NCBI GenBank assembly: GCA_965279035.1
Contig: OZ257142.1
Location: 640,001 to 704,000, forward strand
DNA length: 64,000 bases
DNA from: Bacteroidia bacterium
Lineage (GTDB): Bacteria > Bacteroidota > Bacteroidia > M30B66
Direction of reading: 5' to 3'
Below, piece by piece: positions 40,692 through 48,387 of the stretch; position 1 is the first letter of the stretch; every line of letters starts with the position of its first letter. The notes under the pieces are model-generated. The model worked only from the letters and a program-made list of their open reading frames with translations, searched no databases and had not been told where the DNA came from. A program made the translations under genes and the position numbers.

Positions 40692-40789
40692 TTGGACGAG
40701 CCCCAGCTTAATCACCTACGCAAAAAGCTCCGGTAATCAAGCTGCGTCAGGCTTTCGCGTCGTGGGAACTCCGCTCTATCCTTCTCGCA
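40692..40789 (+). ncRNA. Flavo-1-like structured RNA / REP-like element
   Basis: GC-rich island TTGGACGAGCCCC...GTCAGGCTTTC...CGCTCTATCC resembles the Flavo-1 motif as recalled from memory; internal 13-bp stem 40704-40716/40732-40744. Confidence 0.5.
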
Positions 40790-40864
40790 ATCCAATCTTC
40801 TAATTCCCGAAATGAATTCAGGGCTTACGCGAACATTCTAATCACATTTGAGTTCTTTTGTGCT

Positions 40865-42337
40865 GTGAAACAAAAACATGTCATTATAGTCGGTTCGGGC
40901 ATTGCGGGTTTAGCGGCAGCTATTCGATTGGTGTGTAAAGGTTTTGCTGTTCAGGTTTTCGAAAAAAATAGCTATCCCGGAGGAAAACTCACCGAATTTA
41001 AACAAAAGGGTTTTCGCTTTGATGCTGGACCATCTTTGTTCACTTTACCTCAACAAGTCGACGAACTTTTCAAATTAGCCGGTGAAAATCCACGAGCACA
41101 TTTCAATTACCAACGTTTACCAATTACTTGTCACTATTTCTGGAATGATGGCACTTTCCTTCCCGCTCCAGGAAATGAATCGGATTTTGCTGCCGAAGTT
41201 GAAAAAACACTGCATGTTCAAGCAAAACGGGTAAAAGATTATCTGGCAAAAAGTCAATTTATCTACGAAACAACCGCCCCTGTTTTTCTACATCGCTCGC
41301 TTCATATTGCCCGTAATTTCTTCAACCTAGAAACACTGAAAGGAATTTTTCGCATGCCCAGCTTGGGTATTTTTTCCAATCTGCATCGCGATAATGTCAA
41401 GCAACTGGGCGATCCAAAATTGGTTCAATTGTTCGATCGTTACGCTACATATAATGGTTCTGATCCATATCAAGCACCAGGAGTATTGCAAAGTATTCCG
41501 CACCTCGAATTTGGTCAAGGTGCTTGGTTTCCCGATGGCGGAATGCATAGTATTACCAGTTCTTTGGTTGCATTAGCTAAACGTAAAGGAGTTCAATTCG
41601 TGTTCGAAAAAGAAGTGGACGAAATTGTCGTTTCCCAACATCAAGTGAGCGGAATACGTTGTGGGAGTGAAACATATAATTCCGATTTGGTAGTTTGCAA
41701 TAGCGATGTCGTGCCCGCTTACCGAAAGTTATTGGCAAGTCAACAAGCACCAGAAAAAACGCTTTCCCAGCCTAGATCAAGTTCGGCACTTATCTTCTAT
41801 TGGGGAATCAAGCAGGTGTTTTCGCAACTCAACATGCACAACATCTTCTTTTCGAATAATTATGAAGAAGAGTTCCGGCTCATTTTCGAAGGCAAACGAA
41901 TCAGTTCGGACCCAACCATTTACGTCAATCTCACCAGTAATTATTTACCTAGCGATGCGCCAGATGGTTGTCAAAACTGGTTTGTCATGATTAACGTTCC
42001 CGGAAATACCGGACAAAACTGGAATCAACTCATTGCACAAGCACGAAAGGATATTCTTATCAAACTCAGTCGCCGCTTGGATACTCATATCGAATCTTTG
42101 ATTCAATGTGAGAGCATTTTGGATCCGCGAAGCATTGAGCAAAAAACCTCTTCCTTTCAAGGTTCTTTGTATGGAAGCAGTTCAAATAATCGCTATGCTG
42201 CATTTTTGCGCCAAGCGAATCGTTCTTCCAAGATCAGCAATCTCTATTTTTGCGGTGGAAGTGTTCATCCTGGTGGTGGTATTCCTCTGTGTTTGCAATC
42301 GGCACGCATTGTTTCCGACCTCATTTCTCCCGCATGA
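40865..42337 (+). CDS. crtD: 1-hydroxycarotenoid 3,4-desaturase (CrtI-family FAD desaturase)
   Basis: GSGIAG, FRFDAGPSLFT, RYATYNGS.PY, GSLYGSSSN and GGSVHPGGGIPL motifs; coupled to cruF. Confidence 0.88.
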   Translation: MKQKHVIIVGSGIAGLAAAIRLVCKGFAVQVFEKNSYPGGKLTEFKQKGFRFDAGPSLFTLPQQVDELFKLAGENPRAHFNYQRLPITCHYFWNDGTFLPAPGNESDFAAEVEKTLHVQAKRVKDYLAKSQFIYETTAPVFLHRSLHIARNFFNLETLKGIFRMPSLGIFSNLHRDNVKQLGDPKLVQLFDRYATYNGSDPYQAPGVLQSIPHLEFGQGAWFPDGGMHSITSSLVALAKRKGVQFVFEKEVDEIVVSQHQVSGIRCGSETYNSDLVVCNSDVVPAYRKLLASQQAPEKTLSQPRSSSALIFYWGIKQVFSQLNMHNIFFSNNYEEEFRLIFEGKRISSDPTIYVNLTSNYLPSDAPDGCQNWFVMINVPGNTGQNWNQLIAQARKDILIKLSRRLDTHIESLIQCESILDPRSIEQKTSSFQGSLYGSSSNNRYAAFLRQANRSSKISNLYFCGGSVHPGGGIPLCLQSARIVSDLISPA

Positions 42338-42981
42338 GTCCATTTGCTAAAAAGCTACCATTTTCTTTCACGCCCATGCATGGTGCTTATGTGCTCCTGC
42401 TTTTTTATGCGGTTGGCGTAGCTGGTATTGTCTCGCCTTGGAGTAGTCAATTTCGCTTTTTAACGCCCTATAATCTACTGTTATCAGCATTTGTTTTATT
42501 AGCATTTCACCGAAAATACGATTCTAAATTCTGGGGATTTTTATTTAGCTGCGTGGCTCTTGGTTTTGGATCCGAATGGCTTGGTGTTCATACCGCCTTG
42601 CTGTTTGGTCATTATAGTTATGGCTCGGTACTCGGATTTAAATTGGATAAAATACCTGTTGTAATAGGTTTAAATTGGTATTTACTCGCATACATAACAG
42701 TTGATTTAATTTCCCGTATTAAAATCCCCATTTGGTTGAAAGTTCTAATAGGAGCAGCATTCATGACTGGAATGGATTATCTAATTGAACCTGTCGCTAT
42801 TCGTTTGGGTTTTTGGTATTGGCATTCGGGAGTAATTCCAATGAGTAATTATGCAGGCTGGTTTCTTGTATCGCTTCCCTTGCAATGGATTGGACATAAA
42901 TACTATTCAGGAAACAATCCAGTTGCTCCTTGGTTATTTATCGCAATGCAATTCTTCTTCTTAACTTTACACTTTATCTGA
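42334..42981 (+). CDS. cruF: Carotenoid 1,2-hydratase (CruF-like carotenoid biosynthesis membrane protein)
   Basis: EWLGVHT..LFG.Y.YG..LG, NW, D...EPVA..LGFWYW and P..NYAGW motifs; ATGA overlap with the crtD stop. Confidence 0.85.
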   Translation: MSPFAKKLPFSFTPMHGAYVLLLFYAVGVAGIVSPWSSQFRFLTPYNLLLSAFVLLAFHRKYDSKFWGFLFSCVALGFGSEWLGVHTALLFGHYSYGSVLGFKLDKIPVVIGLNWYLLAYITVDLISRIKIPIWLKVLIGAAFMTGMDYLIEPVAIRLGFWYWHSGVIPMSNYAGWFLVSLPLQWIGHKYYSGNNPVAPWLFIAMQFFFLTLHFI

Positions 42982-42984
42982 ACC

Positions 42985-43443
42985 ATGAATTGGCTTATTA
43001 ATGCGAGTATTATTATCGTTACGTTCTTCTTTATGGAGTTCATGGCTTGGGCTACGCACAAATATGTGATGCATGGTTTTTTGTGGATTTTACATCGTGA
43101 TCATCATGAACCACATTCAAATATTTTCGAACGTAACGATGCATTTTTCTTGATTTTCGCCATTCCTAGTTGGTTATGTATCATGTTTGGGATGATGAAT
43201 GGCAATGATTTTCGCTTATATATTGGAATTGGCATTGCGGTTTATGGTTTTACCTATTTTTTAGTGCATGAAGTATTTATTCACCAGCGTTTGAATTGGT
43301 TTAAACGTAGCGATAATTGGTATTTACGAGCGATTCGTAAAGCTCATAAAGTGCATCATAAAACCTTGGGAAAAGAGCATTCCGAATCGTTTGGGATGTT
43401 AGTAGTTGCCCGAAAATTTTTCAAAGAGCAACGTGCCCGATAA
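42985..43443 (+). CDS. crtZ: Beta-carotene 3-hydroxylase
   Basis: MEFMAWATHKYVMHG, HRDHH, FERND, VHEVFIHQR, AHKVHH and SFG His boxes. Confidence 0.93.
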   Translation: MNWLINASIIIVTFFFMEFMAWATHKYVMHGFLWILHRDHHEPHSNIFERNDAFFLIFAIPSWLCIMFGMMNGNDFRLYIGIGIAVYGFTYFLVHEVFIHQRLNWFKRSDNWYLRAIRKAHKVHHKTLGKEHSESFGMLVVARKFFKEQRAR

Positions 43444-44146
43444 ATTCCTCTATCTCGCGCTCATGTTGGGCAGTCTAGCCTATCCGCTTGCTCAGAGTTT
43501 TGAGCGAAAAATTGAGTTATGGAAGAAATGGAAGCACCTATTTCCTGCTATTTTACTTACCGCTGGATTTTTTCTCATTTGGGATGAGTTTTTTACCCGC
43601 ATTGGGGTTTGGAGTTTTAGTCCGATTTACACATTAGGTATCAACATTGGCAGTCTTCCTCTCGAAGAATGGTTGTTCTTTATAATCGTTCCGTATTGCT
43701 GTTTTTTTGTGTATTTCGTAACGACTTATTTTTTCCGAAAAGATGTTTTAGGTCCGTATCAACGAATCATTGCAACAGGCGTAAGTTTGATTTTAATTTC
43801 AGCAGCCATTACATTCTACGATCGTTGGTACACAGCGTATACCTGTTCACTTCCAGCTTTATTACTCCTTTACCTCACATACGTAAAACGAGTTAAATAC
43901 CTCGGGAGATTTTTTGTAGGATATTTCTTTTGTCTTATTCCATTTTTAATTGTGAATGGTATACTCACTTCTAAACCGGTAGTGTTATATAACGATACTG
44001 AAAATTCAGGTGTTCGGATTTTTATTCAAGGAATTTCTAATATTCCCATCGAAGATCTCGCCTATTGCATGCTCTTGCTGCTTTTGAACGTTGCTTTGTA
44101 CGAGAGTTTTGCTAAACGAAATCAACGCGAGATTGATACCCGTTGA
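43433..44146 (+). CDS. crtY: Membrane (CrtYcd-type) lycopene cyclase
   Basis: Two cyclase repeats: WD...GVWSF...LPLEEWLFF and VNGILT...YN...IPIED. Probable GTG start at 43433. Confidence 0.88.
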   Translation: MPDKFLYLALMLGSLAYPLAQSFERKIELWKKWKHLFPAILLTAGFFLIWDEFFTRIGVWSFSPIYTLGINIGSLPLEEWLFFIIVPYCCFFVYFVTTYFFRKDVLGPYQRIIATGVSLILISAAITFYDRWYTAYTCSLPALLLLYLTYVKRVKYLGRFFVGYFFCLIPFLIVNGILTSKPVVLYNDTENSGVRIFIQGISNIPIEDLAYCMLLLLLNVALYESFAKRNQREIDTR

Positions 44147-44196
44147 TGGAAAATCAGAAAAATCCGTTATTTTTGGAATTCTAATGCTATTCTACC

Positions 44197-44763
44197 ATGC
44201 GTTTTATTCCCTACGCCCTTGCTATTTTGATTGCTGTTACTGCGTTTTCTTGCAAGAAACTCGATCAGTTGGTTAGTTTTAATCTAGACACGAAAGACAA
44301 AGTGTTTTGGGAAACAGCATATGATACCGTTTTAACCGACACCATTGTAGGAAATGAATTTGCATCCTTTATAAGTGATGAATATTCATTTAAAAACTAC
44401 AGCAAATTCGAAACGAATAAAACCACACCTCAAAACGTAGAACAGGTTGAGGCTTTTAATCTTACTGTAGGAATAGATTCGGGCGCTACCAGTTTTTCCT
44501 TTGCAGGTTCAATGTTGGTTTATCTTTTCTCTCCGAAAAATTTATTTAAAGAAATGAAGTTGATTGAAATTACTGATCCAGGTAAGCTTCTCGATCAATC
44601 ATTTTCAGTAGAAATGAAAATCACCAATGACGAATGGGTGAGCATCATTCAAAAAGAAAAATACCAGTTTAGAACTGAGTTTGAATTAGTAAGTCCAATG
44701 CCTGATTCAATTTATTTGGATTATGTGATGAATTTCCGTTTGAAAGCATTACCAAACGATTGA
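44197..44763 (+). CDS. Hypothetical lipoprotein
   Basis: Lipobox FSC followed by KK; beta-rich sequence. Confidence 0.7.
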   Translation: MRFIPYALAILIAVTAFSCKKLDQLVSFNLDTKDKVFWETAYDTVLTDTIVGNEFASFISDEYSFKNYSKFETNKTTPQNVEQVEAFNLTVGIDSGATSFSFAGSMLVYLFSPKNLFKEMKLIEITDPGKLLDQSFSVEMKITNDEWVSIIQKEKYQFRTEFELVSPMPDSIYLDYVMNFRLKALPND

Positions 44764-44776
44764 GTCGAAAGCGAAA

Positions 44777-45721
44777 GTGCAAAACGATTCTGATCCATTA
44801 ATTTCTGTCATTGTACCCTGCTACAATTACGGACATTTGCTTCTGGAGACTTTAGAGAACTTAAGAGAACAATCGTATACAAATTGGGAGTGTATTATTG
44901 TTGACGATGGTTCAACCGACTCAAGTGCTGATGTTGCGAAAAGCATACTTAATGCTGACAATCGTTTTCAATACATTTACCAAAAAAATGCAGGATTATC
45001 GGCTGCAAGAAATACTGGAATTAAGCATTCAAAAGGAGCTTTTATTCAATTATTGGATGCAGATGATTTCATTGAATCTGAAAAATTTAAAAATCAATTA
45101 GCACAATTCCAAAACGACTCAAGCATTGGAATTGTATATTCTGAAGTGCGTTATTTCAGTTCAGAAGATCATCAATTACGCCGATTTACTATAACTGGAG
45201 ATGATTTACCCTGGATGAGTTTTGTTGATTCGAAAACTCCTGATTTATTATTAGAAAAATTGGTGCATTCGAATTTATTTGTAGTGAATGCTCCATTGAT
45301 TCGTAGAGAAATTATAGATCAGATTGGAGAATTCAATGTTGTTCTAAGATCGGTAGAAGATTGGGAATATTGGTGTCGATGCGCATTCAATAAAGTATGT
45401 TTTCATTTCGACTCAGGTTCCGGATCTATGGCATTGGTTCGAATTCATTCAAATAGCATGAGCAGAAGTTCAAAGCGAATGATGGAAGCCTCTTTAATTG
45501 TCAGGAAATTACTCGTTAAACTGATTCAAAATCAAGGTCTTGGTTCTAACACACTTTTCGAGTTGAATCGAAGTGAGCAAGCTTATTTGCATAGGTCATT
45601 GTATGAAATATACCGAACTGAAAAGAAATGGTTTCCTGCTTTTAAAAATCTAATTCAGTTTGGTAAAATCAAAAAGGAATTTCGATTTGTGGCCAAAGAA
45701 ATTGTTCGATTTAATTCATAA
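44777..45721 (+). CDS. Glycosyltransferase family 2
   Basis: ISVIVPCYN, VDDGSTD, NAGLSAARN.G, LDADD and EDWEYW motifs. Confidence 0.92.
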   Translation: MQNDSDPLISVIVPCYNYGHLLLETLENLREQSYTNWECIIVDDGSTDSSADVAKSILNADNRFQYIYQKNAGLSAARNTGIKHSKGAFIQLLDADDFIESEKFKNQLAQFQNDSSIGIVYSEVRYFSSEDHQLRRFTITGDDLPWMSFVDSKTPDLLLEKLVHSNLFVVNAPLIRREIIDQIGEFNVVLRSVEDWEYWCRCAFNKVCFHFDSGSGSMALVRIHSNSMSRSSKRMMEASLIVRKLLVKLIQNQGLGSNTLFELNRSEQAYLHRSLYEIYRTEKKWFPAFKNLIQFGKIKKEFRFVAKEIVRFNS

Positions 45722-45895
45722 AAACCAAAGATCAATCGCTTATTATCTGTAAAATTGATTCAAGTAGAATTGATTTGAATGGTTTCATCTTCAAATTTAA
45801 ATCAGATGAAAAACACGGATGTTTCTTACACAAAACGGCAAAACTTGTTCGCTTCAGAAAGTTTGGTTAATTTAGCCATCCAACAGAAAAAAAGC

Positions 45896-46267
45896 ATGAA
45901 AAAATACACTATAATTCTCATGTGCCTTTTCGGCATTTTTCAGTCGCAATTCATTCATGCTCAAGCCGTAGTTGATGAAAGCGCTGCCATTTCAACCACC
46001 CCGTTTTATCAAAAAATATCAGAAAATAAAAACCGAATGTTTTTTTCGGTTAATATGAATGAACTGCGCGAAAATCAACGTGCTGCTTTTGTTAATCAAC
46101 TTTACGCATCTAAAATATTAGTTGTTAACTCTCGAATTAATGAACAAGGTGTTCTTCAAATTTCGTGTTCTATAACGACTTCATTAGCTGAAGTTGATAA
46201 AGAAATCAATCGCATTAAAGAAGAAGTTACCAAAGTGTCGGTTGATGCAATCATCGAAAAATATTAA
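45896..46267 (+). CDS. Small secreted hypothetical protein
   Basis: Signal peptide from ATG 45896 (MKKYTIILMCLFG...IHA); 28 nt upstream of a T9SS type B gene. Confidence 0.65.
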   Translation: MKKYTIILMCLFGIFQSQFIHAQAVVDESAAISTTPFYQKISENKNRMFFSVNMNELRENQRAAFVNQLYASKILVVNSRINEQGVLQISCSITTSLAEVDKEINRIKEEVTKVSVDAIIEKY

Positions 46268-46295
46268 TCATTTCTCCAATTCATACTAACCCGAA

Positions 46296-48242
46296 ATGAA
46301 CAAACGCATTTTCATTCTCGTTGCCAATCTTTTGATATCAATCATTGGATTTTCTCAAACTCCTAACAATAGTTGTAGTAACGCATCTCCTTTTTGTACT
46401 GGAACTCAGTTTGATTTTCCTGCAGGAACTGGCACTCCTGATTCGGAAGTTGGACCTGATTATGGTTGTTTGGGTTCCGAACCCAACCCAGCTTGGTATT
46501 TCATGCAAATCGCTAATGCAGGAAATGTAATTGTGGATATTCTTGGTACGGTCGATGGCACTACACCTTCGAATGACATTGACTTTATTTGTTATGGTCC
46601 ATTTACTTCCTTATTGAATGTGTGTGATCAATTAACAGCTGCAAATACAGTTGATTGCAGTTATTCAGGTTCAGCTACCGAAACTGTAACTATTCCTAAT
46701 GGACAACCAGGTGAATACTACATGTTGCTTTTGACAAACTATTCAAATCAACCTTGTAATATTGTCTTCTCTCAAGGAAGTGGATCAGGATCAACTAGTT
46801 GTGGGCCATTTAACAACGGTCCATTATGCGCTGGGCAAGATCTTCAGCTATTAAGTTTTTTTAATGAAGCAGAAGTTACTTTCAATTGGTCTGGACCAAA
46901 CGGCTTTACGAGTAATGAACCAAATCCAATTATTCCAAACATTACGGAAGCTGATGGGGGTACTTACACACTTGTTACAACCAATTTAACCGATACAATT
47001 ACCGGAACAACCGTAGTTGAAATTTATCCATCACCCAATCCTTCTGGTTTCACAGCTATAGGTGATTCTTGTATAGGTGGAAGTTTAACATTCACTCCTG
47101 ATTCTGTTTTTTCAACAGGTATATACACTTGGACATTTTCGAACGGTCAGGTTCATACAGGAAACCCATATGTTTTAAATAATATAGATTCGTTTCTTGT
47201 TGATGGTGTAACGCTTACCTACGAATTGGATGGTTGTGTTTCTCCTCCGGTAACGATTCCAATTTCTGTATATCCATCACCAGAACCAGTCATTGTTGGT
47301 GATACACATACGTGTGCTCAAGAAATTGCCTCATTGAATTGTACTGAAAATTATAGTACGTATTTGTGGAGCGACAATTCAACAAACGCCATTTTATTTT
47401 CAAATCAAGGTACTTATACAGTTGAGGTAACCAATCAATATGGTTGTGATGGGACTTCAGAACCATTCATTATTACGAATTCAGATCCACAAGCTGATAT
47501 TTTAAACATCACACGTTTTTGCGAAGGTGATAGTATTGAAATTAACGGGGCGGGAAATTATGATCACTATTTATGGTATCCTACTCCATCAACTAGTACT
47601 ACGAGTATTGATTCTATTGGGACAACAGATAGTTTAATTTGGCATGGAGGATTGATTACTCTTCGTGTAACAGATAATTTTGGTTGTTCTGATTCATTGA
47701 ATGCGAATGTTCCTTTCACACCAAATCCGGTAGCTGCTTTTTCAAGAAATCCCACAGATTATGCTGTATTGATTAATACTCCAATTCAGATGAATGATGA
47801 ATCAGTCCCTGATACTTCTGATCAAATATTGCATTGGGATTGGACATTCGAACCTCCAATTTTTGAGACATCACAGCAGAATCCTCTCATCACATATCCA
47901 GATACTGGTTTACGCTACATAACATTAAGTATTACAACTGATTTAGGATGTACTGATACAGCCCAATCTGTTGTTTATATTGTAGATATTCCTTTTGTTC
48001 CTAATGCCTTTTCTCCTGGAGCAGATGGCTACAATGATTATCTGAAAATTCCTTTTCTAAATGGGTATCCAGGGAACAATGTTGTTATTTACAATCGTTG
48101 GGGTAAGAAAGTATACGAATCAACGAATTACAAAAACGATTGGGGTGGAGATGAATTACCTTCTGGTACTTATTTCTACGTAGTTACGGCTCCAACCTTA
48201 GAAAAAGACATTAAAGGATCTATCACGTTAATTCGAAATTGA
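46296..48242 (+). CDS. T9SS type B-sorted (gliding-motility-associated C-terminal domain) surface protein
   Basis: Cys-rich head, WSGPNGF Ig-like unit, PKD; CTD VPNAFSP..DGYND...IYNRWGKKVY...LPSGTYFYV...G.ITLIR. Confidence 0.9.
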   Translation: MNKRIFILVANLLISIIGFSQTPNNSCSNASPFCTGTQFDFPAGTGTPDSEVGPDYGCLGSEPNPAWYFMQIANAGNVIVDILGTVDGTTPSNDIDFICYGPFTSLLNVCDQLTAANTVDCSYSGSATETVTIPNGQPGEYYMLLLTNYSNQPCNIVFSQGSGSGSTSCGPFNNGPLCAGQDLQLLSFFNEAEVTFNWSGPNGFTSNEPNPIIPNITEADGGTYTLVTTNLTDTITGTTVVEIYPSPNPSGFTAIGDSCIGGSLTFTPDSVFSTGIYTWTFSNGQVHTGNPYVLNNIDSFLVDGVTLTYELDGCVSPPVTIPISVYPSPEPVIVGDTHTCAQEIASLNCTENYSTYLWSDNSTNAILFSNQGTYTVEVTNQYGCDGTSEPFIITNSDPQADILNITRFCEGDSIEINGAGNYDHYLWYPTPSTSTTSIDSIGTTDSLIWHGGLITLRVTDNFGCSDSLNANVPFTPNPVAAFSRNPTDYAVLINTPIQMNDESVPDTSDQILHWDWTFEPPIFETSQQNPLITYPDTGLRYITLSITTDLGCTDTAQSVVYIVDIPFVPNAFSPGADGYNDYLKIPFLNGYPGNNVVIYNRWGKKVYESTNYKNDWGGDELPSGTYFYVVTAPTLEKDIKGSITLIRN

Positions 48243-48255
48243 TCATTTAAATTTT

Positions 48256-48297
48256 AAAAGAGCGGTTTATATTTTATATAAGCCGCTTTTTTATTTT
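48256..48297 (+). terminator. Intrinsic terminator
   Basis: AGCGGTTTATAT-TTT-ATATAAGCCGCT followed by a T-rich tract. Confidence 0.8.
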
Positions 48298-48387
48298 GTA
48301 CTAGTCCATCATTATCAGCAAGATAGCATCGAGTTCGGCTGTGTTTGTTTTTTTAGTAATTTTCCATTCGCAAATCATTCTTTGGAA

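Noticed and set aside
44777-45721. GT2 as a carotenoid glycosyltransferase (CruG-like)
   Set aside because: It lacks the TM segments expected of such enzymes, looks like a generic soluble GT2, and is separated from the crt genes by a lipoprotein gene.
45783-45811. TTTCATCT-N13-AGATGAAA inverted repeat upstream of the small secreted gene
   Set aside because: An 8-bp AT-rich stem in an AT-rich spacer can arise by chance, and there is no second copy or obvious cognate regulator.
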